Positions 1-10,214 of a DNA stretch of 64,000 nucleotides are shown in pieces (within the stretch, counting starts at the first letter, position 1; each line of letters starts with the position of its first letter). Below the pieces are notes generated by a model that was not told where the DNA came from, ran no database searches, and was given only the letters and a program-made list of their open reading frames with translations. A program made the position numbers and the translations under genes. Origin of the DNA: an uncultured Gemmatimonadaceae bacterium. GTDB lineage: Bacteria > Gemmatimonadota > Gemmatimonadetes > Gemmatimonadales > Gemmatimonadaceae. The DNA lies in contig CAWGJO010000027.1 in assembly GCA_963822945.1 (NCBI GenBank), positions 128,001-192,000 on the forward strand, read 5' to 3'.

Positions 1-91
1 CGCCGAGTTGCTCGATATCTCCGACGCCACCGTCTTGCGCGACTGGCGCCTGGCCCGCGCCTGGCTCGCCCGCGAACTGCGCAACTTCTGA
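1..91 (+). CDS. 3' end of ECF-type RNA polymerase sigma factor (region 4 HTH), partial
   Basis: Frame from base 2 reads AELLDISDATVLRDWRLARAWLARELRNF* (TGA 89-91), typical C-terminus of kinase-associated ECF sigma factors; kinase starts 4 bp later. Confidence 0.85.
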   Translation, partial: AELLDISDATVLRDWRLARAWLARELRNF

Positions 92-95
92 CCCC

Positions 96-2750
96 GTGGA
101 CGCCCATCGGTGGGACCGGATCCAGGAGTTGTTTCACGCTGCGGCCGACCTTCCCCGGGGCGAACGCGAGGCCTGGCTCCGCACCGCCTGCAGCGACGAC
201 CGGGACCTCCTCGCGGACGTGCTCGCCCTGCTGGCCGAGGATGACCGCGACGGCACGATTCTGGACGAGGAGCTCGCCGTTGTGGCCGAGCGCACCCTGG
301 AGCCCGGAATACCGCCGGCCCTGCTCGACCAGCGGTTCGGACCGTGGCGCATCGTGCGGGTGCTGGGCGAAGGCGGGATGGGCGTGGTGTACCTGGCCCG
401 GCGGGACGATCTCGGGAGCCTGGCGGCGGTCAAGATCCTCCGGGACGCGTGGCTCTCACCCGCCCGGCGCGAGCGCTTTGCCGCAGAGCAACGGACCCTC
501 GCGCGGTTGAACCACCCGTCCATCGCGCAGCTCTACGACGCGAACACCCTTCCGGACGGCACGCCCTGGTTCGTCATGGAGTACGTGGATGGATCCACGC
601 TCACCGACTACTGCGCCCACCACGCCGCTTCCGTGGCCGAGCGTCTCCGGCTCTTCCGCGCCGTGTGCGATGCGGTGCAACACGCGCACCAGCACCTCGT
701 CATTCATCGCGACCTGAAGCCCTCCAACGTGGTGGTCAAGGCGGACGGGAGCCTCAAGCTGCTGGATTTTGGCATTGCCAAGCAGCTCGACGCACTGGAC
801 GATCCGGCCGATCAGACGCGGACGGACATCCGCTTCATGACCCCGGCCTACGCGGCACCCGAACAGATCCGCGGTGAGCCCGTTGGTGTGCACACCGACA
901 TCTACTCGCTCGGCGTCATTCTCTACGAACTACTCGTCGGGCGCCTGCCGTTCGATTTCGCGCACCGAACGCTGGCCGATGTCGAGCGCACGATCACGGA
1001 GCGTGAGCCGGAACGCCCCTCGGCGGCAGCGTCGCGCATGCGCCGCCTGCAGGGCGAGGCCCGCGGCGCGGTCTCAGCCGGCCGCTCGGCCTGGGCCGAC
1101 CTCGACGTGCTCTGCCTCACCGCCATGCACAAGGATCCCGCCCGCCGGTACCGTTCGGTGGAAGCGCTGATTCGCGACCTGGACCATTTCATGGCCGGCG
1201 AGCCGTTGGAGGCGCGGCCGGATACCTGGAGCTACCGGCTCGGAAAGTTCTCGCGGCGCAACTGGCGACCGCTGGCGGCCGCCGGAATCGTGTTGACGAT
1301 GGTGGTCGGACTGGTGGCCTTCTATACATATCGTCTCGCGTCCGCCCGCAACAACGCGGTGACCGAAGCGGCCCGCACCACGCGGATTCAGGAATTCATG
1401 CTGAGCCTGTTCAGCGGTGGCGAGGCCGATGTCGGACCCGCCGACACGCTTCGGGTGATCACGCTGGTAGACCGTGGACTGCGAGAGGCCAAGGCCCTGG
1501 AGGGAGACACATCGACGCAGGCGCAGCTCTACGAGACCCTGGGCGGGGTCTACCAGCAGCTGGGCAAGCTGGGGCGAGCCGATACCCTGCTCCAGGCCGC
1601 CCTCGCCGAACGGCGGGCGTTCTACCGAGGCGACAGTCACGAGACCGCGCAGAGCCTGGTCGCCCTCGGCCTGCTCCGGCAGGCTCAGGCCGAATACGAG
1701 GAGAGCGAGCGGCTGATCCGGCAAGGTCTGGCGATGCAGCAGCGGATCTCGCCGCTGGACGGCGCCGCCGTCGCCCGGGCGGAGACCGCACTTGGCGAAG
1801 TGCTGCAGGCGCGCGGCGACTATGACGCCGCCATTCCCCTGCTCGAAGTGTCGGTCCGGTTGCTCTCCGCAGACAGTGGAACCGACCTGTCCACGGCGCT
1901 CACCGACCTGGCCAACACCCACTTTTACGCCGGCCACTACGGCGTAGCCGACAGCCTCAACCGGCTGGTGCTCGCCATGGATCGCCGGCTGTACGGCCCG
2001 CGCCACCCGAATGTCGGCGAGGATCTGGTCAACCTCGGCGCCATCGACGCCGAGGCGGGACGATCCGTCCAGGCGGAGGCGTTCTACCGCCAGGCCATCG
2101 ATATCCTGAGCGCCTGGTACGGCAATGACAACCCGGAAACGGCATCGGTGCTCACCATGCTGGGGCGCGTCATGGTGGGTCAGAAGCGCTACGACGAGGC
2201 GGGCGATATCCTGCAGCGGGCGCTGGCGATTCAGGAACGAGTATACGGCCCGGTACATCCGCGGGTCGCGTCCGCACTGAACGAGTTGGGCAAGCTGGCG
2301 GAGCAGCGCGGTGACCTCGACGGAGCCGCCGCCGACTTTCGCCGGATGGCCGACATCTACCGCCGCGTATATGGGGGTCACCACTATCTGCTGGGGATCG
2401 CGCTGTCCAACCTGGCAGGGGTCGAGCAGCGGCGGAAGCAGTACGCCCGGGCGGAAGAGCTCTTCCGACAGGTAATCCGGCTATACAGCGAGGTGCTGAG
2501 TCCGGAGCACCAACTCATGGGGATCGCCCGGGTACGACTTGGGGCCGTGCTCGAGGACGAACACCGGTACTCCGATGCCCTGACCGAGAGCCGCGAAGGC
2601 TACCGCATCCTGACGGCGCAAGCGTCGCCGCCGCGCGACTGGGTGGAAACGGCGCGCAAGCACATTGCCGATGACTACGACGCCCTAGGGCAGCGCGACG
2701 AAGCCGCGCGGTTCCGCACGGCACTGACGGACTCCGCCGCCCATCGTTGA
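96..2750 (+). CDS. Membrane-anchored Ser/Thr protein kinase with C-terminal TPR repeats
   Basis: GEGGMGVVY, AVK, HRDLKPSN, DFG, TPAYAAPEQ motifs; TM segment (LAAAGIVLTMVVGLVAF); repeated HPxxAxxLxxLG TPR units. Confidence 0.95.
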   Translation: MDAHRWDRIQELFHAAADLPRGEREAWLRTACSDDRDLLADVLALLAEDDRDGTILDEELAVVAERTLEPGIPPALLDQRFGPWRIVRVLGEGGMGVVYLARRDDLGSLAAVKILRDAWLSPARRERFAAEQRTLARLNHPSIAQLYDANTLPDGTPWFVMEYVDGSTLTDYCAHHAASVAERLRLFRAVCDAVQHAHQHLVIHRDLKPSNVVVKADGSLKLLDFGIAKQLDALDDPADQTRTDIRFMTPAYAAPEQIRGEPVGVHTDIYSLGVILYELLVGRLPFDFAHRTLADVERTITEREPERPSAAASRMRRLQGEARGAVSAGRSAWADLDVLCLTAMHKDPARRYRSVEALIRDLDHFMAGEPLEARPDTWSYRLGKFSRRNWRPLAAAGIVLTMVVGLVAFYTYRLASARNNAVTEAARTTRIQEFMLSLFSGGEADVGPADTLRVITLVDRGLREAKALEGDTSTQAQLYETLGGVYQQLGKLGRADTLLQAALAERRAFYRGDSHETAQSLVALGLLRQAQAEYEESERLIRQGLAMQQRISPLDGAAVARAETALGEVLQARGDYDAAIPLLEVSVRLLSADSGTDLSTALTDLANTHFYAGHYGVADSLNRLVLAMDRRLYGPRHPNVGEDLVNLGAIDAEAGRSVQAEAFYRQAIDILSAWYGNDNPETASVLTMLGRVMVGQKRYDEAGDILQRALAIQERVYGPVHPRVASALNELGKLAEQRGDLDGAAADFRRMADIYRRVYGGHHYLLGIALSNLAGVEQRRKQYARAEELFRQVIRLYSEVLSPEHQLMGIARVRLGAVLEDEHRYSDALTESREGYRILTAQASPPRDWVETARKHIADDYDALGQRDEAARFRTALTDSAAHR

Positions 2751-2764
2751 GGGCCCCTCCCGGC

Positions 2765-5700
2765 TCACCGCCCTCCCCCGCTGCCGCCTCTGCCGTTGTT
2801 GTGGAACGACTTGTCCGGATACGGCGGCGGTGCCGGCACGGGCCGCGGATCGGCCTTGATCTCGGCGCGCAGCTCCTTGATCGCCGCGGCCAGTTGCGCG
2901 TCATGCCCTTCGAAGGTCGCGTGCGGCAGGTTGTCCACCGTGATGTCGGGATCCACCCCGTGCCCCTCGATCATCCACGTTCGATCGGGCAGGTAGGTGC
3001 CCATCTCGGCCGCGCTCGCGATGCCCCGGTCCACCATCACGTTCTGCTGGCTGAGCCAGATCTCCCCGCCCCACGTGCGCACCCCGATCACCTTGCCGAG
3101 CCCAAGCTGCCGGAATCCCTCGGCGAACGCCTCGCCGTCGGAGGCCGTGTGCGCGTCGGTGAGCAGCACGATGTGTCCGCGGAACGCGTACTGCATGTTC
3201 CAGGTCGGATTGCCGACGCGCGACTTGAAGTAGAACCAGGCCTTCCGGATCAGCTTCTCCAGGATCCAGCTGTCGATGTTGCCGCCGCGGTTGTGGCGGT
3301 CGTCGATGATCAGGCCCTGGCGCTGGAACACCGGATAGAAGTCGCGCTCCCACTGATTGATGTCGGCCGTTCCCATGGCGCGCAGGTGGATGTAGCCGAT
3401 CGAGTCGTGGGCAATGGAATCCACGGCCAGCCGGCGCGTGTATTCCCATTCCGAGTAGCGCAGACTCGATGCGTCGCGCTGCGTGATGGGCTCCACCACC
3501 ACCTCGTGCTCGGCGCCGTTTCCGCCCGTCTTCACGGACAGCAGCATCTGGCGTCCCGCCTCGTTGCGCAACAGCGCGCCGAGCGCCGGCGCCGAGAGCG
3601 TCGGCACGTGGTTCACGGCGGTGATCACGTCCCCTTCGTGCACGTCCACGCCGTAGCGGGCCAGCGGCGAGAGTTCGTCGGGCCCGTCGGGATCATTGCG
3701 ATAGATGTGCTGCACGCGATACCCGCCCGCCGCTTCGTCGCGCACGAACTCGGCGCCGAGCGCAGCGGGGTGGATCGAGTCGTCGGGGGTGCGCATGTCG
3801 CCGCCACGCACGAAGGTGTGCAGCGTGGACAGTTCGCCCATGGTCTGCGAGAGCAGGTTGTTCAACTCCGACCGATCGGTGACGCGGCTGACGAGCGGCT
3901 CGTACCGCTGCCGGATCAGCTTCCAGTCCACGCCGTTCATGGCCGGGTTGTAGAAGTAGTCCCGTTCCAGACGCCAGGCGTCGATGAATTCGTCGTGCCA
4001 CTCGTCGCGCGGCACGATGCGGATGGCCCAGTGGCTGAGATCCACCTTGTGCTTCCCACTGTCGTTGGGCGCCTTGGCGGCTGCGTCGTACACGAAGAAC
4101 TCGTTGCCGCGGCGCACCATCACCTTGCGCCCGTCCAACGACAGTTCGTACTGGCGCACGCCGCTGGCAAAGGCCGTCGGTTTGGCCGGCGTGTTGCCGA
4201 TGGGATAGGTCATGAGCCGCGCGCCACCACCACCGCGGCCACCTCGTCCGGCACCTGCCGCGCCGCGTTCCAGGAAGTAGAGACGCGTGCCGTCGGTGGA
4301 GAGATCGCTGTAGTCGCCGGGCGCCAGCGGAAGTTGGACGAGCCGCTGCTCGATGCCGTTGAAGTCGATGCTGACGTTGGCGGGAGCGTGGACCGCCGCG
4401 CGCCCACCCCGGGCCCCGCGCATCTGCTCCCCGCGCGCCGGCGCGCTGTCTTCGGACGCGAGCGAGCGCACCGGATCGGTGAGTTCGTTGGCGGGCGCGA
4501 AGGGCGACGTCGCATCGGGCTGCAGCGCGAGCCCGTACATCTGGGTCGTATGGTCGAAGTAGGGCTCGGGCTGCCGCGCGCCCCACGGCGAACCCACCGC
4601 GCTCTGGAAGTGCCGGTCGGAGAGGAAGTACAGCCACTTGCCGTCCGTGCTCCACACGGGGCTGTAACTGCTGTACCGGTCGGTGGTCACGCGCACGCTC
4701 TTGCCGCTGGCGATGCCGTAGATCCGGATCTGGTCGAACTGGTTGTCGGCCGCCGCCACGTACGCCAGCCACCTGCTGTCCGGCGACCAGGCGTAGTCCA
4801 TGATCTGGCTCGCACTGTCCTCGGCGATCAGCGTCTCGCGTCCCGTGGCCAGATCGAGCAGCCAGAGCCGCTCGTTCTTGTCGGAGTGGGCGACGTACTT
4901 CCCGTCGGGCGACGGCATGCCGTCCCAGCGCAGCTCGGTGGCGCCGGTGGTGAGCTGCTTCTGGGCGCTCCCATCCATCGGCACGTTCCAGAATTCCACT
5001 TCACCGCTCTTGTCGGAGAGCGTGAGCAGCGATTTGCCATTCGGCATGAAGCGCGCGATGCGATAGCGCACGCCCTGGTCGTGCGTGGCCTGCGCCAGCC
5101 GACCGCCGGCGTCGCCGGTGGGCGCGACGAACACCTGGCCGCGCGCGTCGAGCACCAGCCGGTCGCCGGTGGGGGAAAGGTGCGCCGAAGTGAGGAGCGC
5201 CATCGGGTCGGTGTCCCACTTCTCGCGCGTCTGATCGAAGTCCGAGAGGAGCCGGATCGGGATCAGCGCGTCCCTGCCCGATGCGATGTCGTAGACGCGG
5301 AGATCGGCGCCGAGCTGGTACACGATTTTGCCGTCGCCGAGCGAGGCCGACTGGATGTCGTACACCGGATGGTGCGTGAGCTGCTTGAGGTCGTGCCCCT
5401 GTTCGTCCATCGACCAGAGGTTCATGATGCCGTCGCGATCGCTCAGGAAGTAGATGCGCCCCTTGTACGGCATCGGATCCTTGCTGGTGCCGGTGTAGTC
5501 GGCAGTCAGCGGCTGCGCCTCGGCGCCGTTCCGGGCGAATCGCCAGATATTCTGCGCGGTGCCGCCCTTGTAGCGCTTGGTGTGGCTGCCCTGGAAGGGA
5601 TAGCGCGTGAAGAAGAACGTTCCGTTGGCGTCGTAGCTTCCGTCGGCCGCCTGGGCCAACGGCACCAGCCCGTGCGACCCGTCGGCGGGGTTCACCCATC

Positions 5701-6106
5701 CCACCTCCATGTCGGGGAGCGTGGCGTAGTCGTTCGTGGCATACAGCACCTTGCCGTCGGGTGTCCATCCCACGACCGTGGCCACGCCGCCCTCGTAGGT
5801 GAGCCGTTTGGGCGGCCCGCCGTCGATGGACATGACGTACGCCTCGGTGGGGCCTTCGTACGCCGCGGAGAACGCCACCTGCTTGCCGTCCGGAGAGATG
5901 GCGGCGTTGGTCTCCTCGCCGAGCGCCGTGGTGAGCCGCGTGGCCGTGCCGCCGGCGACGGGAACCTTCCAGAGGTCGCCCTCGGCGGTGAAGACCACCG
6001 TGTTGCCGTGAATGGCGGGGAAGCGGTAGTAGCCGAGCTCCGTCTGCTGCGCCGAGACGGCGGAGAGCGGGAGGCAGAGCGCGATAGCAAGAGAGGTGAG
6101 CCGCAT
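2765..6106 (-). CDS. Tricorn-like S41 family protease (beta-propellers, PDZ, catalytic domain), secreted
   Basis: Signal peptide; FTAEGDLW and SPDG propeller repeats; GYIHL, LIIDDRHNRGGN, ASDGE, RTWGG, IEGHGVDPDI motifs. Confidence 0.95.
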   Translation of the reverse strand: MRLTSLAIALCLPLSAVSAQQTELGYYRFPAIHGNTVVFTAEGDLWKVPVAGGTATRLTTALGEETNAAISPDGKQVAFSAAYEGPTEAYVMSIDGGPPKRLTYEGGVATVVGWTPDGKVLYATNDYATLPDMEVGWVNPADGSHGLVPLAQAADGSYDANGTFFFTRYPFQGSHTKRYKGGTAQNIWRFARNGAEAQPLTADYTGTSKDPMPYKGRIYFLSDRDGIMNLWSMDEQGHDLKQLTHHPVYDIQSASLGDGKIVYQLGADLRVYDIASGRDALIPIRLLSDFDQTREKWDTDPMALLTSAHLSPTGDRLVLDARGQVFVAPTGDAGGRLAQATHDQGVRYRIARFMPNGKSLLTLSDKSGEVEFWNVPMDGSAQKQLTTGATELRWDGMPSPDGKYVAHSDKNERLWLLDLATGRETLIAEDSASQIMDYAWSPDSRWLAYVAAADNQFDQIRIYGIASGKSVRVTTDRYSSYSPVWSTDGKWLYFLSDRHFQSAVGSPWGARQPEPYFDHTTQMYGLALQPDATSPFAPANELTDPVRSLASEDSAPARGEQMRGARGGRAAVHAPANVSIDFNGIEQRLVQLPLAPGDYSDLSTDGTRLYFLERGAAGAGRGGRGGGGARLMTYPIGNTPAKPTAFASGVRQYELSLDGRKVMVRRGNEFFVYDAAAKAPNDSGKHKVDLSHWAIRIVPRDEWHDEFIDAWRLERDYFYNPAMNGVDWKLIRQRYEPLVSRVTDRSELNNLLSQTMGELSTLHTFVRGGDMRTPDDSIHPAALGAEFVRDEAAGGYRVQHIYRNDPDGPDELSPLARYGVDVHEGDVITAVNHVPTLSAPALGALLRNEAGRQMLLSVKTGGNGAEHEVVVEPITQRDASSLRYSEWEYTRRLAVDSIAHDSIGYIHLRAMGTADINQWERDFYPVFQRQGLIIDDRHNRGGNIDSWILEKLIRKAWFYFKSRVGNPTWNMQYAFRGHIVLLTDAHTASDGEAFAEGFRQLGLGKVIGVRTWGGEIWLSQQNVMVDRGIASAAEMGTYLPDRTWMIEGHGVDPDITVDNLPHATFEGHDAQLAAAIKELRAEIKADPRPVPAPPPYPDKSFHNNGRGGSGGGR

Positions 6107-6272
6107 CGGGACGAATCCGGGTGGAAGAGTCGGAGCCAGATATACGGGCTGGGCACGGGACTTTCCACCACCGGTGGGTGGCGGAGTGCGGCCGACCGGT
6201 CGTGGCGGAGGCCGCGGATGAAATGGGAGGCCGACCCCGCCACCCCTTCACTTTTCACGGCCGCCCGCCTAC

Positions 6273-6296
6273 GTTATAGACCACCTGGTCTATAAC
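6273..6296. promoter_or_regulatory. Palindromic operator, probable TetR binding site
   Basis: GTTATAGACCA-CC-TGGTCTATAAC, perfect 11-bp arms, AT-rich against the background, 12 bp upstream of the tetR ATG; partial second half-site ACCGGTCTA follows. Confidence 0.8.
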
Positions 6297-6308
6297 ACCG
6301 GTCTAGCC

Positions 6309-6932
6309 ATGGTCCGCGATCGCTTCGACAACCTCGACCCCGACAAGCAGGAACGCCTCTTCGAGGCGGCCGCCGACGAGTTCAGCGACCACGGCTTCGA
6401 GGGCGCCTCGCTCAACCGCATCATCGACCGCGCGGGGATGAGCAAGGGCTCGCTCTACTACTACTTCAACGACAAGAGCGACCTCTACGCCACCGTCGTC
6501 GAGCGCGCCACCGCCGCGGTGGTCAAACTCGTGGGCGGGTTCTCGCTCGACGAACTGACCGCCGAGACCTTCTGGCCCCAGTTCGAGGGCGCCGTGCGCC
6601 GCTCCGTGGACTACATGCAGCGGAACGAGTGGTTCGTGCGCCTCGGCCGTTCCTTCTACCGCATGCGCGGCGGCAGCGGCCGCAAGGCCACCAAGCGCGT
6701 CTTCGACTGGATCGGCACCTGGACTACACGCGTCCTCGAGCGCGGCCAGCAGCTCGGCGTGATCCGCACCGACATGCCCATCGAATTTCTCGTCGAACTC
6801 GCGCTGGCCGTGGGCGAGACGGGCGACCGGTGGCTGCTCACACACTGGCACGACATGACGAAGAAGCAGCGCAACGAGGTGCTGAACGCCGAGATGGACG
6901 CCTTCCACCGTTTGCTCGAGCCCCGCCCATGA
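6309..6932 (+). CDS. TetR/AcrR family transcriptional regulator
   Basis: N-terminal HTH: AAADEFSDHGFEGASLNRIIDRAGMSKGSLYYYFNDK. Confidence 0.95.
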   Translation: MVRDRFDNLDPDKQERLFEAAADEFSDHGFEGASLNRIIDRAGMSKGSLYYYFNDKSDLYATVVERATAAVVKLVGGFSLDELTAETFWPQFEGAVRRSVDYMQRNEWFVRLGRSFYRMRGGSGRKATKRVFDWIGTWTTRVLERGQQLGVIRTDMPIEFLVELALAVGETGDRWLLTHWHDMTKKQRNEVLNAEMDAFHRLLEPRP

Positions 6933-7690
6933 ACCGTCTCCGCACCGCCACTGCCGCCGCCGTGCTCGCCCTCGCCGCCGTTGCCCCGCGCCTGGCCGCG
7001 CAACAGGTGAACCCCGACTCCATCGTCGACCGCGTGGACAAGTTGCTGCGCGGCACATCCAGTCGCGGCACTGTCTCCATGCAGATCGTCACGCGCCAGT
7101 GGAAGCGGACGCTCGACATGGACATCTGGTCGCTGGGCAACGACTACGCGCTCGTCCGCGTGACCGCGCCGGCCAAGGAAGCGGGCACGGCCACGCTCAA
7201 GGTGAAGAACGACGTCTGGAACTACCTGCCGCGGGTGGATCGCACGATCCGCATTCCCCCCTCGCTCATGGCGGCCGACTGGATGGGCTCGCACTTCACC
7301 AACGACGACCTCGTGAAGGAGAGCCGGCTGGTGGTGGACTACGACATCACGCTCGCCTTCGACGGGGTGCGGGACGGCGCCAAGGTCTGGGAGTTCCGTC
7401 TCACCCCGAAGCCCAACGCCGCCGTGGTGTGGGGCCACATCGAGATGCGGGTGCGCCAGGCGGACCTGATGCCGGTGTGGGAGCGCTACTACGACGACGC
7501 CGGCAAGCTCGCGCGCACGATCACCTTCTCCGACTACCGGGTGATGGGCGGTCGCAAGGTGCCCGCCGACCTGACCGTGACCCCGGCCGACAAGCCCGAC
7601 GAGCACACGACGCTCACGTACCACCACCTCGAGTTCGACGTCGGACTCCGTCCCGACTTCTTCTCGCTGCAGAACCTCAAGCGCCGGTGA
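6929..7690 (+). CDS. Outer-membrane lipoprotein-sorting (LolA-like) periplasmic protein
   Basis: ATGA overlap with tetR stop; signal peptide; WNYLPRVDRTIRI and WMGSHFTNDDL motifs characteristic of LolA-like family. Confidence 0.85.
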   Translation: MNRLRTATAAAVLALAAVAPRLAAQQVNPDSIVDRVDKLLRGTSSRGTVSMQIVTRQWKRTLDMDIWSLGNDYALVRVTAPAKEAGTATLKVKNDVWNYLPRVDRTIRIPPSLMAADWMGSHFTNDDLVKESRLVVDYDITLAFDGVRDGAKVWEFRLTPKPNAAVVWGHIEMRVRQADLMPVWERYYDDAGKLARTITFSDYRVMGGRKVPADLTVTPADKPDEHTTLTYHHLEFDVGLRPDFFSLQNLKRR

Positions 7691-8958
7691 GCGTGGACGG
7701 CCGCGGGATCTGGTGGCGGATCGCCGTCCGCAACCTCGGGCGCAACCGCAAGCGCACCGTGCTCGCCGCGGGCGCCCTGGCGTTCGGGTTCGCGGCCGCG
7801 GTGGTGATGGTCGCGCTGTCCAACGGCATCACCTCGGACCTCATCACCAACGGCACGCGCTCGCTCGCCGGGCAGATCCAGATCCACGCCCGCAACTACC
7901 TGCCGGCCCGGCACACGTGGGCGACGATCGGCGCCGACAGCGGCGTCGACCTCGCCCGTGCCATGGCCGCCGTGGACGCGGAGCCCGGCGTGGTGGCCGC
8001 GGCTCCCCGCGTATACGGAGGCGGCCTGATCAGCGCCGGCGATCACACCGTTGCCGGGGTGCTGCTCGGCGTGGACCCGGCGCGCGAACCGCGCGTGAGC
8101 GCGTTGCTGAGCGCCATCGTGCAGGGCCGGGAGCCGCGCGCCGGCACGCACGACATTGCCATCGGCACCGAGACCGCGCGCCGGCTGCACGCGGCCGTGG
8201 GGGACACGATCGTCGTCGTCGCGCCGGCCGCCGATGGGTCGCTGGGCAACGATCTCTATGAGGTGAGCGGCATCTACCACACCGGGCTCGCCTCGCTCGA
8301 CGCCGGAATGGCGGTGATGCCAATCGGCGCGCTGCAGTCGCTGCTCGTGCTGGCGCCGAACCGTGTGCACGAGATCGCCGTGACACTCCGCGATCCATGG
8401 AGCGCCGGCGCAGTGGCCGATTCCATCGCGGCGCTGCCCGTCTTCGGGCACCTCGGCGTGTCCGTGGAACCGTGGATGAAGTTCCGCCCGGAGCTCGCGT
8501 CGTACGCCGACATCGCGAAGGGCGAGAACGGCTTCTTCATCGCCATCGTATTCCTGATGGCCATCTTCGGCGTGACCAATACGCTGCTCATGAGCACCTT
8601 CGAGCGGCGGCGGGAGTTCGCCGTGGAGCAGGCGCTCGGCGTGGATGCCCGGACGCTCGCACGGACGATCGTATACGAGGGCATCGTGCTCGGGGTGGTG
8701 TCGCTCGTGGCCGGTGCCGCGATCGCGGCGCCCATCGTGTACTGGTGGCACGTCTCGCCGCTCGACCTGAGCGGATTCGTCGGGAACATGACGATGTCGG
8801 GCGCGCTGTTCCGGCCCGTGTTCCGCACCGATCCCACCTGGGGCGCGCCGCTCGCCGCCGCCGTGGCGCTGCTCGTGACGTCGATCCTCGCCGCGCTCTA
8901 CCCGGCCTGGCGCGCCACGCGCGTGGCGCCGGCCGATGCGCTCGGGGGCCGCCAATGA
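7687..8958 (+). CDS. ABC transporter permease (LolC/E, FtsX-like)
   Basis: GTGA overlap; IAVRNLGRNRKRT, periplasmic GVDP segment, NTLLMSTFERRREF, ALYPAWRA. Confidence 0.9.
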   Translation: MSVDGRGIWWRIAVRNLGRNRKRTVLAAGALAFGFAAAVVMVALSNGITSDLITNGTRSLAGQIQIHARNYLPARHTWATIGADSGVDLARAMAAVDAEPGVVAAAPRVYGGGLISAGDHTVAGVLLGVDPAREPRVSALLSAIVQGREPRAGTHDIAIGTETARRLHAAVGDTIVVVAPAADGSLGNDLYEVSGIYHTGLASLDAGMAVMPIGALQSLLVLAPNRVHEIAVTLRDPWSAGAVADSIAALPVFGHLGVSVEPWMKFRPELASYADIAKGENGFFIAIVFLMAIFGVTNTLLMSTFERRREFAVEQALGVDARTLARTIVYEGIVLGVVSLVAGAAIAAPIVYWWHVSPLDLSGFVGNMTMSGALFRPVFRTDPTWGAPLAAAVALLVTSILAALYPAWRATRVAPADALGGRQ

Positions 8959-10214
8959 ACCGCTTCGGCATTCTCGCCCGGCTCGCGGCGCGCAACGTGA
9001 TGCGGCAACGGCGGCGCAGCGCGCTCATCGCGCTCGCCATGATCCTCGGCGTCGCGCTGCTCATCTTCTTCCTCGCCCTGGGCGACGGGATGCACGCGCA
9101 GTGGATCGACGCGGGCGTGCGATTGGCCGACGGGCACGTGGCGGTGGAAACGCCCGCCTTCCGGCGCAGCGCCAGTCTCGACGACCGCCTGGACTCGACG
9201 GCCGCGGCGGCGGTCGCCCGTGCCGTGGCCGACCCCGCCGTGGCGCGCTTCATCGCCGCCGCCGCGCCGCGCCTCACGGTGAGCGCGCTCGCCAGTTCGG
9301 CGTCCTCCGCCCTGCCCGTGCAGGTGCTCGGGGTGGATCCCGTGCTGGAGTCGCACTTCTCGACGCTTCCGGAGAAGCTCGTCGGCGGCCGCTGGCTGGC
9401 CGACTCGGACGTCACCGCCGCCGTGGTGGGTCAGGGGCTCGTGGACCGGCTGGGCCTGTCGCTCGGCTCGCGATTCGTGATCACGGCGCAGACCACGCGC
9501 GGCGACGTGCAGGAACAGCTCGTGCACGTGACCGGCATCTTCCGCACGGGCATCCGCGAGGTGGACGAGGGCATGATCGACGTGCCGCTCGCCACGGCGC
9601 GGCACTGGCTCGCCGCGCCGGGCGCCGTGACGTCGGAGGCGATTCTGCTCCGCGACGTGGCCGACGTCGGCCCGGCGACGGACGCGCTGCAACCGCTCCT
9701 GCCGGCGGGCGCCCGTGCGTTCACCTGGCGCGAGACGTCGCCGGAACTCGACGCCGCCGTGCGCGTCGACAACTTCGGCAACTACCTGTTCAACGGCATC
9801 CTGCTGGCCATCGTCGCGCTTGCCGTGCTGGAGGCCCTGCTGGTTTCCGTGCTGCACCGGCGGCGCGAATTCGGGGTGATGCACGCCATCGGCCTCTCGG
9901 CCCGCGAGACCTCGGTGATGGTGCTCATCGAGGGCGTGATGCTCGCCGTGGTGGCCGGCGCCGTCGGGATGGGCGTCGGGTGGGGCGTCGTGGCGATTCT
10001 CGGACACACGGGACTCGATCTCACGGCGGCGTTCGGCAACCAACTCTCGATTTCAGGGGCGGTCGTCAGTCCCATCGTGTACCCGGTGGTGCATCTGGCC
10101 CGCGCCTGGCAGGGCGGCTCCGTCGTGCTCGCGCTCGGCGTGCTCTCCTCTCTCTATCCCATGTGGCAGGCGTCGCGCATCGACGTGGCCGAAGCCATGC
10201 AGGACGAACCATGA
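8955..10214 (+). CDS. ABC transporter permease (LolC/E, FtsX-like), second subunit
   Basis: ATGA overlap; LAARNVMRQRRRS, SVLHRRREFGVMHAIG, SSLYPMWQA. Confidence 0.9.
   Translation: MNRFGILARLAARNVMRQRRRSALIALAMILGVALLIFFLALGDGMHAQWIDAGVRLADGHVAVETPAFRRSASLDDRLDSTAAAAVARAVADPAVARFIAAAAPRLTVSALASSASSALPVQVLGVDPVLESHFSTLPEKLVGGRWLADSDVTAAVVGQGLVDRLGLSLGSRFVITAQTTRGDVQEQLVHVTGIFRTGIREVDEGMIDVPLATARHWLAAPGAVTSEAILLRDVADVGPATDALQPLLPAGARAFTWRETSPELDAAVRVDNFGNYLFNGILLAIVALAVLEALLVSVLHRRREFGVMHAIGLSARETSVMVLIEGVMLAVVAGAVGMGVGWGVVAILGHTGLDLTAAFGNQLSISGAVVSPIVYPVVHLARAWQGGSVVLALGVLSSLYPMWQASRIDVAEAMQDEP

Noticed and set aside
4215..4265. Gly/Arg-rich GAGRGGRGGGG insert in the tricorn protease
   Set aside because: Low-complexity linker common in secreted proteins of such genomes
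2747..6295. Very long ORFs antisense to real genes (e.g. 1182 aa here, 1158 aa at 21256-24732, 684 aa at 47801-49855)
   Set aside because: Expected shadows of high-GC codon bias; no recognisable motifs and the opposite strand has clear family hits
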